Shown here piece after piece: positions 16,147-32,009 of a DNA stretch of 64,000 nucleotides. Within the stretch, counting starts at the first letter, position 1. Each line of letters starts with the position of its first letter. Under the pieces are notes generated by a model. The model saw only the letters and a program-made list of their open reading frames with translations, ran no database searches and was not told the DNA's origin. Origin of the DNA: the human T2T-CHM13v2.0 reference genome, Homo sapiens; NCBI RefSeq assembly GCF_009914755.1, contig NC_060931.1; one strand, written 5' to 3'. The translations under genes and the position numbers were made by a program.

Positions 16147-16399
16147 AAAAATTTTGACTAAAATCTCACTAAGCCACTTGATTAAGGAAAAAGCAGCAGC
16201 ACTGAAAGGAAGGAGAAGTCAAATGTTTTACAAAGAGATTCACTATGGTGCAGTGTCTTCAGGGGCTAAAAGAACCAGGTTTTAATCTTGATTTCCTTCT
16301 GTTTCTTTGGCTCAAGCTGCACATTGAGTTAGCTATCCTATGATGCAGCCTTTGTAGAGGACACAGAAACAATGCAAGGAGCAGGGGGAAGCTTCTGGA

Positions 16400-17790
<1,391 letters not shown>

Positions 17791-18878
17791 TTAAATAGGC
17801 AAAAGTCTATTAATATGCCAAAAATAATTTGTAAATTGTGAGCAAATATAGACCCCTTGCCCACACTACTAGAAGTGGTCTTTCAGGGGAGAAAGCACGA
17901 CCCTCTGATTTGTCTTTCTTCCTCTGCAAATGGTTTTTAAGCAAATTCTTGGGAACCCATCAATCTGCCAATTAGAAGAAAATGCAAGAGTAACAGCAGG
18001 AATCATGACTGCAAGGAAACAGTTACCATCCCATAAAATTATTGCCTTTACCAAATTAGAATAAACCTGTCAAGACAACGTTTAACTATCTTTATGTAAA
18101 AATCAAAACGGTCTGACTTCAACTGTCAAACAGAGTCTTCGAACTTGTCTGTAACAAAGTGCTCCCTTAGTAAGTCGTATAGTTCAAGTTGCATTTGCAA
18201 TTTGGGGAAATGGAGCTGCCTGGCCCATGAATCCAGCAAGCTCGACTTTTCTATGGCTGCTGTTCCTGTAGAACGACTGGCTCATTTAGTTGGCTGGGCA
18301 GTTGCAGCAGGCTGGGTGGGTGTTGCTCCTGCAGGAAAACTATGAAATAAAATATCATTGCACCTACCTCACTGATCAATAACATAAAAGGAAAAAAATC
18401 TAGCTCCTCTATTTGGACAAAAGGCAATTTTCTGTGGCTTCTCACATTTGCTAGAACTTTACAAATATGTATCACAAACTACCAGATGAGACAAATCGGT
18501 ACAATACTAGTTATTTTTATGTGCTGCCTCATCCTTTATACAAAGTATCTCAGATCACTTTAAAGTGAGAGGTCAGAATGGAAAGTGTGATTTATAGAGC
18601 CTAAGGGACCAAGGCGAAGGCTGCAGAATAGGCAAACGGCCCACTAAGGATTCTGGGAAAGGAAGGCAGGCTAGGAGTCAGATGCAGACCTCACTGCAGC
18701 CCCTTCCAGAGACCAGGGAGACAAGTGTAGCGGGTGTCACAGCTTCAGTTTTGCAGTTGTGGAGCTCATTATGAAAGGATGATCAAACTAGAAGATAAAT
18801 GAACATTAACAAAAGTTGAACTGCTTCTAAAATTATCTGCTTGATCAGTTCTTTTTAAAAAACAACTGCTTTTTAAAA

Positions 18879-19112
18879 ACCTCCTGGATTCAAGCAATCC
18901 TCTTACCTTACCCACCCACCCCCCCCGCCATCCCCCAGGGAGTAGCTGGGACCACAGGTCCATGCCCCAACACCTGGCTAAGTGTTTGATTTTTAGTAAA
19001 GATGAAGTCTCGCTATGTTGTCCAGGCTGGTCTTGAACTTCTGAGCTCAAGGGCTCTCCCACTTCGGCCTCCCAAAGCGTTGGGATTACAGGTGTGAGCC
19101 ACCGCACCTGGC
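18879..19112 (-). mobile_element. AluJ-like, partial
   Basis: Reverse-complement Alu ending GAGCCACCGCACCTGGC; 3' portion missing. Confidence 0.8.
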
Positions 19113-19232
19113 TTGATATTTTTTAGTATATTTACAGGGTTGTGCAATCACTACAATTTTAGAACATTTTTATCCCCCAACCCCATACCCCTTAGTAGTC
19201 ACCCTCCTTTCTCTTTCTACACCACCATTCCC

Positions 19233-19284
<52 letters not shown>

Positions 19285-19830
19285 GTACATGTCCATGCAG
19301 TTCCAGGAAACCACTATTTCTGTCTCTGAACATTTCATATCAACAAAATCATACCATATATATTCTTCTGTGATGTTTCTTTCACACTGCGCTGTGTTTT
19401 CAAGGTCCATCATGGTGCAGCATTATCAGCCTCTACTCCTCTTTCTGGTGGAATAACCTTCCATTGTATGTACGTACCACATTTTGTTTACCCATTTCTC
19501 CATCCATGGACATTTGGGTTGTTCCCACCTTTGAGTTGTATCAATAATGATGCCACGAACATTTGTGTACAAGTTTCTGTACACACACTTGCTTTCAATT
19601 CTCTCTGTTATAGACCTAGAAGAGGAATTGCTGGGTCGTATGATATATCTATTCTTAACATTTTGAGGAACTGCCAAATTATTTTCCAAAGTGGCTGCAC
19701 CACTTTACATTTTCATCACTGGTGTATGAGGGTTCTGATTTTTCCACATCTCCATGTGGAAATTGTTGTTATCCATCTTTTTTTTATAGCCGCCCTGACT
19801 GGTGTGAGGTGGTGTCTCACTGTCCCAATA
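19113..19830 (-). mobile_element. L1MB-type 3' fragment containing (CA)n at ~19235-19280
   Basis: Minus-strand ORF2 C-terminal-like peptide (WEQPKCPWMEKWVNKMWYVHTME). Confidence 0.75.
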
Positions 19831-21119
19831 ATTTCTCATCTTTAATGATGCTACTATGCTCTCATGTTATGCAGATTTTAATATCCAACAACCGTTTTGT
19901 TAAAATCCCAAAATGGAAAGAAAAGATCAGTAAAGAACTCTTGAACTTTGGTGCACCATTCAGAGTTGTCCATGGATCCCAATGCTTGGGAAAAATGTTT
20001 ATTTGAAGGTATAATCGTGGATACTGAATAAACCACATATTATTACTATTCAGCAGCAGCTATTGAGAACATATTGGCCACCAAATGGCTATTCTAAGTG
20101 TCTTAGAGGAAATTAAAAACACACAGGCTCCTTACTGCCAAGCACTTGTAGAATTCTGGTACTCATAATGATGGCAATAATACTGTTTACATGCACCTTT
20201 ACAGATTATATAGGGCTTTGAAATTTTAATTCTGATTTCTGTTCCTGGGGCCGAGAGTTTCAGCAGCCACGTCATTCAGACCCTAACATTGTTGTATTAT
20301 AGGGGACTGGGAGAGTTTGGCAGGCTGAAAAACAGTGACCCTCCCAGGTAATTGCCTCTGACTGCCCTGACCTGCCCACAGAATCTGGTCTTCAGCTTTG
20401 TTAGTTTTCAAAGAGGTGCCAGGATTCAGGGGGCCCCCATCCTTGTTAAACCTCCCAGAGACTAACTAGTAAGCCAGGCTGGCTATATACGAGCACACTC
20501 TGCCCAGAGAATCAGGAGAGCTGGCTGACATTCTGTGCATTCTATCTTCAGAGGGAAAGTCTCCTGGGAGGCCCCAAGAATTAAAGAAAAGTGGGTTGGA
20601 TGGTTTGCAGAGCCAAGTGACTGAGCTAAGAGCCCCTGATAGACACAGGTCCGCTCCAAGGCTGTAACCACCAAACAGACATGAGGATCAATATCGACAG
20701 CTGGGAACCCCCCTCCCCACAAAACAGTGCTGAAATTCTCTCACAAACTCATCTTTACACTCTTCCAAAATGCTGAATCGGTCACCAGAGCTTCCACTAT
20801 TACTTCACCTAATGACCGGCTTAGAAGCCCAACACCTGGTAGGTACTCAACAAGTAAATGGATGAGTTGGTGAATTAAGTTTTAAAATTACCTTCATTTG
20901 CTACACATTTAGATAAGATTCTGGAGCCATTCTCCTCTTAGGAGTCAGTCGCACATTATTTCTCGGGATGAGTTATCTCCTGGGAAGATTTCCAAAGAAT
21001 CATTCATTAGATCACTTTTCACTTATTTACTCACTATTCATCTAACAAACATTTCCTGAGGGCCTACTACATACAAGGCTCAACAGCACATGTAATGGGG
21101 CTTTTAAAAAATTACATAT

Positions 21120-21421
<302 letters not shown>

Positions 21422-22190
21422 TCAAAATAAAGAACAAAAGATATACCAAAATGTTAACAGTGGTGGGATCATTCATCATTTTTCTTCCTTCTTTTTGCTT
21501 ATTTGCATTTTGTACAGTGCCCATGTCTTGTTTATTTAAAGTGTTCTAAAGCATTCAAGATGCATCTTGCCCTCAAAAAACATGGATAGAGTGAGTGGGC
21601 AGGAAATGGGACAAGACAAGCTGAAAAATGACAACTCTGACACAAGTGCAGACCGTGATCATTTCCCTAAGAGGCTTAAATGCTGTCAGGGTTAAGAGGA
21701 AATTGCGATGACCTTGACAGATGAGAGACCAGGTCACAGAGGTACCATCCTTGAAGCACAGGAGGGTTTCTCCAGGGAGCAGGACCTCAGAGAGTGGGAA
21801 GCATAAAGGTGGGGAGACAACAAGAAGTCTTCACATTTTCTATTTTCTCTTCATTGAGACCATTTCAGTGACTTTGCTTGCTATTCACAGGGCTCTGGCT
21901 CTCTAACCTCCTACCCCAACAAGGCAAAGGATCAGGGCTTACCAGGAGGTGGGGATGCTGGGGGAGGGCAGAGTGGCAGAGGGAACATCTCTGATGAGAC
22001 ATGCTGGGGGAGCCCCACGATGCTGGAGCACAATAATGGGAGCCAAGAAGGATGGGAAGTCTGAGAAGGAAGTCCAGTCACATCATGATTCCATGGGCAG
22101 GAGAAGTAGCTGGGTACAAAGAGGTAAACTGGAGGGCCCAGTGCGCAGATAGGCCCCAACAGAGTGGGACCAACCTGGGGGCATTTATTA

Positions 22191-22524
<334 letters not shown>

Positions 22525-22894
22525 AAAAGCCTTTGCCATCTCATCACCACTTATAAGAAGGTGGCCAAAGTGCGGCAATCAATGCTGTTCTCAATGTAGC
22601 CTCACCCTGCGCCGCCCACTCCTCTGCTACCCTTCTCCTGGCATGGGTCACTCTTCCATACACTCTGCAAAGCCTTCCCTGATGCCCCTGAGCAGAATTG
22701 ACTCCCTTTTGCATGTGTTTCCTCACCCCTTGCTTTATACCATCATTGCCCTCATCATTGTCTAGCATGCTGTATATAAAGTTGTGCACATTTTAGTTTC
22801 TCAGATTGTGAGGTCATTGAAGGCAGGGTCTCTGTCTCATTCATCTTTCTATCAACAGTGCCAAAGTGGGCAATCCAAGTCAAAGCATTCAAAA

Positions 22895-22958
22895 GGGAGG
22901 GAGGGAGGAAGGGAGGGAGGGAGGAAAGGAGGGAGGGAGGGAAGGAAGGAAGGAAGGA
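22895..22958 (+). repeat. (GGGA/GGAA)n purine microsatellite
   Basis: Read directly. Confidence 0.9.
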
Positions 22959-23467
22959 GTAAATGAATTTAAAGGAAATACCAGATTTGTTTAGAAAAAT
23001 ACTTGTTTAGAAAAATATTATCTTGGATAAATGTCGTGACTAAGTTTATCTCAACATGAGATCAGAATAATTAGCAAATTGTGCTTACGTTTACACTTTT
23101 GTTCTCAAGAGAGACTATTTACATATGCTCTCCTGCTTTGATTAGAGCTCTTTTTGATTAGTTCATACAGGATATAGAAGTATTATTTCAACCAAGATTG
23201 CAATAAAAACAAAAGAGAAATTAAAAAATGAAATGCTTTGATTTACCAATGGTCATCAATAGCAATGAGCTAGAAGTGCAAAGAAATTCACAGTTCCTGA
23301 ACCTAATTACTTTCCATAATAGTAAGATACATTAAAAAAGGGAGAAGGGCTGGGTCTTTAGTGATTTTCTAAGAAATGTAATGCACTAGTACATTTGCAG
23401 AACAATCGGGCAACATCAGAGATACCCTTTGTGGTACTTTATGTCCTCAGAAGGGAATTGATCTGCC

Positions 23468-23979
23468 TGTAATGAATTAAAGATGGCTGCACATTCTCTA
23501 GCACTGCTCTCATGGAGAGGCGGAGTCTATGCTCTTTCACCTTGTATCTGGGCTGGCCCTTGACTTGTTTCATCCAGTGAAAAGTAGCAGAAGTCACACT
23601 GCATAACTTCTGAGGCTGAGCCTTGAGAGATCTGCAGTCTCTGCTTTTGTGTGCTGGAAATGTTCCCTCTTAGAATCCAGACACCATGCTGTGAGAGGCT
23701 GCATGGAGGGGTCCTCCTAAGGTGGTCTGGTCAACAGCACTGAGCTTACAGCCAATAGCCAGTGCCCACCGTCAGCCATGTCAGTGATCCAGCTTTGACA
23801 TTCCAGCCCAGTGAAGCCTCCAAATGACTACAGACCCAGCCAACACCAACATGAAGCCAAAGAACCACCTAGTGGAGCACAGTCAACCCACAGAATTGTG
23901 AAATATAGCAAATGGCTGCTGTTATTTTAAACCACGATGTTTCAGGTTGTTTGTTACGCAGCAATAGATAACTGAAACA
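23468..23979 (+). mobile_element. MaLR solo LTR (MLT1F/G/H-like)
   Basis: TGTAATGAATTAAAGATGGCTGC start; typical MLT1 end TTGTTACGCAGCAATAGATAACTGAAACA. Confidence 0.75.
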
Positions 23980-25417
23980 ACCCCTGATTTGTATTTACTG
24001 GAAAGTAAGAACAATTTGAAATTCTACTCATCTCTAGGAATAGCAAAGTAGGACAGAAATAAGGCTTTCTGTCTCCCAGGCAATTCCTAGGAGAAATAGC
24101 TTAGTTGGCTGTAGAAGAATTAATAAGAACAATGCAGTAAAGTAAGTAAGACAAACTATGCTAAGTCAGCAGTGTCACTGGCAAAGTGTGCAAAAACTTA
24201 TCGCGCCATTAAGGCACGCAATCCAATTACTACAATACGTACAAAGTGAAATGATAAAGTTGATGGGAAGAGTATATAAAATCAGTGGCTGTAAAGAGCA
24301 TGGTAGAATCATTAAAGTTTATGAAAATGGAATTAGTTGTGCATGAACGTGGGCAACAAACGCACAACATGTTCTATATTTAGGAAATAAGGACAGAGCC
24401 CTATGTGGTCTGAGGCTACATTCAGAATAAAGGGTTAACAAATACTCGTCTACTCCCTGATTTATTTTGATCACATCTAAGACTATTGGGTTTATTCTAA
24501 TTTTTTAGGCTTTCCTTTTGCCTGTGTAGCTTCTGCCTCCAACCCAGTGGACTCCTACTTTTCAAGGTCCAGTGAACACTACCTCTGTGAAGCCTTCTTT
24601 ATTTCTCCTGCCAGTAATTAGTCATGTCCCTCACTGTGTTCCAGTGACACTTTTTACGAGTTGTTGTAATAGCACTTATCAGCTCTGTTTCAAATTCTGC
24701 TTACATGAGCTCATTGGGGATGGGACCAAGCCTTATTGAGTTTGGTGTCCCCTCTCATGAGTAAGACATGGTTCCAGGCAAGTAGAAAAGGCTACACTGT
24801 GAGTGCTTAGCATTCAAATAGATAGATGAATGGATACATGGATAGATGGATACAAAGAAGATTAAATGGATGAGTGTGTGAATCCCCACTAAACTGTGAT
24901 TTATGAAGTATCCTAAGAGCTGGAAAGATAGGAAAGAAAAGTTATGTGGTATCTTGAGTATTCTCTATAAGATTAGAACCATTCATTGTTCTAATAGCTT
25001 AAATTCTGATCCAGGTACAATGGCAAGGACCACACTGTGTACAGGACACTCTGGCAACAGAATAAAAACATTGTCTGCAGATGAAGAGAGCCATATTGTA
25101 TATACATTAATTCAGATGACATTTACTGAGTGTCTATGATGTGCCAGGTCTGTCCCAGGAGCTGGGATACAAGGATATGCAGCTCTTGTAGAGTTTATGT
25201 AAGTCTAGTTAGAGTATTAGACATTAAATAATAAACACACTCATAATTACAAATTATGATAAGTGCTATGGAAGAAAGGACAAGATGATGTGATACAGAA
25301 AAATCCAGCTTAGATGGGGTGGAGACAGAAGAGGAAGGCAGGAAGCAAGTACCAGTGAGATTGAGAGCTAAGAGTATAATTCAATTATATATATATATAT
25401 GGAGTTGGAAGTTACTG

Positions 25418-25496
25418 TTAGGTTGAAACACATGCAATTACTGATACTTAACTATTTATGACCTACAAAATGGCAATTTCATGTGGTTCAAGCTAA
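25418..25496. mobile_element. MADE2 (Hsmar2-derived MITE)
   Basis: TTAGGTTGAAAC...GACCTACAAAATGGCAATTTCATGTGGTTCAAGCTAA inverted ends. Confidence 0.75.
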
Positions 25497-25809
25497 CTTA
25501 TGTGTGTATTCCAGGCAGGGTCAGAGACAAAAGGGTATTCTATAATACTTTCATCAGAGCAGGCACAGATGGCTGCAAGATTAGAGGGAACTGTAGCAAT
25601 GGAAAGAAAACTCGCAACCCCACATTATAAAAGTAGCACCAGAATTTTAGCAGTATGAATTGAGGTTTATAGTATTCTTTTGATTTTAAATACTCATGCT
25701 TGTTCTCAAAACACTGAATGGATGATTGGAGAAAAATCTGAACTTCTATGATCTCACCTCCTTCTGAAATAAAGGTGGAGGCGGGATGTTGTTTAAGTTT
25801 AGGCCTTGG

Positions 25810-26800
25810 ACAGCAAAAGAAACTATCATCAGAGTGAACAGGCAACCTACAGAATGGGAGAAAAATTTTGCAATCTACCCATCTGACGAAGGTCTAATAT
25901 CCAGAATCTACAAGGAACTTAAACAAATTTACAAAACAAAAAAAACCCATTCAAAAGTGGGCAAAGGATATGAACAGATACTTCTCAAAAGAAGACATTT
26001 ATGCAGCCAACGAACATATGAAAAACGCCCAACATCACTGACCACTAGAGAAATGCAAATCAAAACCACAATGAGATACCAACTCACGCCAGTCAGCATG
26101 GTGATTATTAAAAAGTCAGGAAACAATAGATGCTGGTGAGGCTGTGGAGAAATAGCAACACTTTTACACTGTTGGTGGGAATGTAAATAGTTCAACCACC
26201 GTGGAATACAGTGTGGCGATTCCTCAAGGATCTAGAACCAGAAATACCATTTGACCCAGCAATCCCATTCCTGGGTATATACCCAAAGGAATATAAATCA
26301 TTTTACTCTAAAGACACATGCACATGTATGTTTATTGCAGCACTATTCACAATAGCAAAGACTTGGAACCAGCCCAAATGCCCATCAATGATAGACTGGA
26401 TAAAGAAAATGTGTCACATATACACCATGGAATACTATGCAGCCATAAAAAGGAATGAGATCATGTTTTTTGCAGGGACGTGGATGAAGCTGGAAGCCAT
26501 CATCCTCAGCAAACTAACACAGGAATGGAAAACCAAACACTGCATGTTCTCACTTATAAGAGGGAGTCGAGCAATGAAAACACATGGACACAGGGAGGAG
26601 AACAACACACACCGGGGCCTGTTAGGGGGTGGGGGGCAAGGGGAGAGAGCATTAGGACAAATAGCCAATGCATGCAGGGCTTAAAACCTAGATGATGGGT
26701 TCATAGGTGCAGCAAACCACCATGGCACACATATACCTATGTAACAAACCTATACGTTCTGCACTTGTATCTGGGAACTTAAAGTAAAATAAAAATAAAA
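25810..26800 (+). mobile_element. 5'-truncated L1PA (mid-age, roughly PA7-PA10): ORF2 C-terminus plus 3'UTR
   Basis: Peptides [18 protein letters not shown] and EIPFDPAIP...WMKLEAIILSKL; G-rich 3'UTR; A-tail; imperfect TSD AGTTT(A/G)GGCCTTGG. Confidence 0.88.
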
Positions 26801-26937
26801 ACAGTTTGGGCCTTGGGAATTGTGTATTTCTAAATGAATCAGCCAGTACTGTCACCGTGTACTGTTATGCAGTCACCATGTACTGTTTTGCAGTCACAGT
26901 GACAGGAACATGAGCACACAGCATTAGGTATGCTCAT

Positions 26938-27980
26938 GTCCCTATTACTGTGACCACATAACAAGCCACCCCAAACTTACTGGTGTAAAACTACAGCCAT
27001 GTATTATGCTCACAGGTTCCAAGGGTCAAGTACTAGGAAGGGCACAGTAAGGATGGTTCTTCTCTGTTCTATGATGCCTCTGGCCTCAGCTGGGAGGATA
27101 CGAACTGTGAGAGGCTGGAATACAGATACTTCTTGACTTACAATAGGGTTTCATCCCCATAAACCTATCGTAAGTTTAAAATATTGCTAAGTAGAAAATG
27201 CATTTAATTCTCCTAACCTACCAAACACTTAGCCTAGCCTGCCTTAAGCATGTTCAGAACATTTACATTAGCCTAGACACAGATGGGTGTTTCATAGACA
27301 TGATGGGATGTGAAAACACAAAACACAATATTTAAGAAATGCTGGCAACGCAGTACACGGTTGGGTATGGGTTGTTTACCCTTGTGATCGCGTGGCTGGC
27401 TGGGAGCATGGGAGAGTATCATAGGGCATGTCGCTAGCCTTGGAAAAGATCAAAATTCAAAGTACAGTTTCTGTTGAATGTGTATGACTTTCACACCATC
27501 TTAAAGTTGAAAACTCCTAAGTTGAGCCATCCTAAGTTGGGGCCGTATGTAGTATGGTATGTGGTGGGAACTGGAGGATCCACTTCCCGCATGGGTTCTT
27601 CACTCATTGTCTGGTGCCTGAGCTGATATGTAGGTGGCTGGCTCCACCAGGACTGTGGTACACAGCATCCCACGCAGTGTGGGCGTCTCGCAGCCTGGAG
27701 GCTCAGTTTTGAAAGGAAGGGTTCTGATAGGGGGCCTCTGGAAAGGGAGAATTCTAAAAGACTAGGCCAAAGCTCCATGGCCCTTTCTTCACAGCCCATT
27801 CCTTCTAGTGTACTTTACTGGTAGAAACAATCACAAACTCACTCAGACCCAAGGTGGCGGGGGTGGCGGGGGGGAGGCTGCAAAAAACCCACCTCTCAAT
27901 AGGAGGAGCGTCAAGGTCACAGTGTAGAAAGCACCTGGGATAGGAGATATTGCCGCATCTATCTTTGAAAATATAATCTG
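26938..27980 (-). mobile_element. MLT1-type LTR split by a MER47/Tigger5 insertion
   Basis: ACCCCAAACTTACTGGTGTAAAAC..ATTATGCTCACAGGTTC motif, continuing after 27550; boundaries approximate. Confidence 0.55.
27123..27549. mobile_element. MER47/Tigger5-type DNA transposon remnant
   Basis: TA-flanked CAGATACTTCTTGACTTACAATAGGG...CCTAAGTTGGGGCCGTATG inverted termini. Confidence 0.7.
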
Positions 27981-27983
27981 CCA

Positions 27984-28279
27984 GACAGGTGCGGTGGCTC
28001 GTGCCTGTAATCCTAGCACTTTGGGAGGCCACGGCAGGCAAATCGCTTGAGTTTGAGACCGGCTTGGGCAATGTGGTGAGACCCTGTCTCTACAAAAAAT
28101 GCAAAAATTAGCCTAGTGTGGTGATGCATGCCTGTGGTCCCAGCTACTTGGGAGGCTGAGGTGGGAGGATTGCTTGAGCCTTAGCAGGAGTCAAGGCTGC
28201 AGTGAGCCTTGATCGCACCACTGCACTCCAGCCTTGGCAACAGAGTGAGACCCTGTCTCAATAAAAAAGAAAATAAAAG
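27984..28279 (+). mobile_element. AluJ element
   Basis: Dimeric Alu; TSD AAATATAATCTGCCA on both sides. Confidence 0.88.
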
Positions 28280-29099
28280 AAATATAATCTGCCATGCAGT
28301 GATTAAAGAGAGAGTAACACCCAAAGAAACTTTTATTGGAGGGCCAGGTAATAGCTTTGCACAGGATTGTTGCGTATCTGTACAAAGTGAAGGCGAAGGT
28401 GGAAGTATCCCCTATCACAAGAAGGGAGTGGCCCCACCAACAGAAGTTTTCCAAAAACAGTCCTTCTCTTGTCATAGCATGCAGAAAACTATTGGCTGTT
28501 TCTGAGAAGATGGAAACACACACACTCTGTCTAGAGAGACAGGTGACTTCTGCCAGCAGCGTTAGCATTTTGGAGAGCATAGTAGGGGAAACAGAGTACC
28601 CCAAAGCGATCAAAGGTTCAGGTTGGAAAGGCTGCTCTTTGAGCAAATCACATAAGCAATATCTGAGAGTTAGTGGTCTGAGGCAAGAATCAGATGTCAA
28701 GACTTAGATATTGCAGACTTCAGCCCAGAAGAGAGGGAAGGAGTTGACCTTTCTCAACTCCTCCCATTCCATCTCCTTCCACTTCCTACCATTGGCCAAA
28801 CCAAACCAAGCCAGAGGGCAGAAAGCCTGAGTGACACTGTCCTTAGAAGCCAGCATCCAGAGACACAGGGCAGGGTGCAGATGGGTGGAGGATGAACCTG
28901 GAGCACAGCCCTAAATGAAAGAACCCAGAACCTATTTATTAAATTCAAGATCCAGTGGCAGAGAATAAGCAACGATAATTTTGTGTTATTAAGGCTTCTG
29001 TCTCTATGCTAATGGTACAGTACTTTTCTGAAAAAAAAATCTTAATGTGAATACATCTAGAAATCAGGATTTCTGTGTTCTGTCTGAATTACTGTAAGG

Positions 29100-29345
29100 T
29101 GGGCAGCATGGTGGTTGAGCTTGAGGCTCTGGAATCACACAGTCTGGGTTCAAGTCCTGACCCTGCCACATATTAGCTATGTAGCCTTAGGTGAGTTACT
29201 TAACATCTCTGTGCTTTTATTTCTGTCATTCAGAAGTTAGGCATGATGATTGCACCTCATGGAGTGTTCTAACAACAAGGTGAGATTGTGTGTAGCAAGC
29301 AGAGTGCCTGATGGGTAGTTAAGGGGTTGATAAATGCTACTATTG
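29100..29345 (+). mobile_element. MIR
   Basis: CTGGGTTCAAGTCCTGACCCTGCCAC..TAGCTATGTAGCCTTAGGTGAGTTACTTAACATCTCTGTGC core. Confidence 0.75.
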
Positions 29346-29582
29346 TTTTTGTGCCATAGAAGCTTTCAGAGGTTAGTTTATATGTGAACAGCTCTGTATT
29401 TTTTCAATACAGCATAAAGTTGTTTAAAACATACTTTTTAATGCAATTTTAATAACTTGCCTCTTAGTTATTCTTTAACCTTCATCCCTCTGACAATTTT
29501 CAGGTGGACAAAAACATTACCAGTCAAAATTTAAAATCCATATGCCTTTTGGCCCAGCAATGCTAATACTAGGATTTATTTA

Positions 29583-29906
<324 letters not shown>

Positions 29907-30535
29907 TTAGAGTTGTTTTAGATTTACAGTGAAGTTGAGCAGAGGCATGAAGAGTTCCCATATAGCCTCTGCCCTACACATGCATATGGTTTCGCCCATT
30001 ATCAACCACCTCTACCACAGTGGTACATTTATTACAATTGATGAGCCTACTCTGACACATTGTTTTCACCCAAAGTCCGTAGTTTACATTAGGGATCACT
30101 CTTGGTGTTGTACATTCTATGGGTTTTAACAAATATATAATGACATGTCCCTAGTATTATAGCCCCATACAGCATCAATTCATTGCCCTTAAAATCCTCT
30201 GTGCTCTGCCATTTTACCCTTCCCTTTCTTACCCACCCCCAATCCCTGGCAACCACTGATCTTTTACTTTCTGCACAGTTTTGCCTTTTCCAGCATGTCA
30301 TATGCTTGGAATCCTACACTAGGTAGCCTTTTCAGATTGTTTTCTTTCACTCAGTAATACACATTTAAGGTTCCTCCATTCTCCCATGTCTTTTCATGGC
30401 TTGATAACTCATTTCTTTTTAGTGTGGAATCACATTCCATTGTCTGGATGTACTGTGGTTTATTTATCAATTCACCTTCTGAAGGACACCTTAGTTGCTT
30501 CCAAGTTTTGGCAGTTATGAACGAAGCTGCTATAA

Positions 30536-30837
<302 letters not shown>

Positions 30838-31352
30838 CCCATGTGCTGTTTTTTTGTGTGAACCTAAGTTTTCAACTCCACTGGGTAAAAACAAGGAGCA
30901 CAATTACTAGACTGTATAGTAAAATTATGTTTAGTTTTGTAAGAAGCTGACAAACTGCCTTCCAAAGTAGCTGTATCATTTTGCATTCCTACCAATAATG
31001 AATGCGAGTTCCCCTTGCTCCACATACCCACCAGCATTTGGTGTTGTGAGTGTTCTGGATTTTGGCTACTCTCCTGGGTACATAGTGGTATTTCATTGCT
31101 TTGATTTGCATTTCCCTGATGACATATGATGTGGAGCATCTTTTCATGTGCTTATTTGCCATCTGTATATCTGCTTTTGTGAAGTATCTGTTAAGGTCTT
31201 CGGTCCATTTTAAAATTAGGTTGTTTTCTTATGTTGAATTTTAAGAATTCTTTGTATATTTTGGATAACAGTGCTTTATAAGATATGTCTTTTATAAATA
31301 TAATATTTCCTCCAGATGGTAGCTTGTTATTTCATTCTTTCAAAAATGTCTT

Positions 31353-31672
<320 letters not shown>

Positions 31673-31699
31673 AAAATGTCTTTTGCAGAGTTGAAATTT

Positions 31700-32009
<310 letters not shown>

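Noticed and set aside
26848-26900. 21-bp tandem duplication, with similar small ones at ~22987-23017 and ~61793-61827
   Set aside because: These are ordinary slippage duplications with no spacer structure, so not CRISPR-like.
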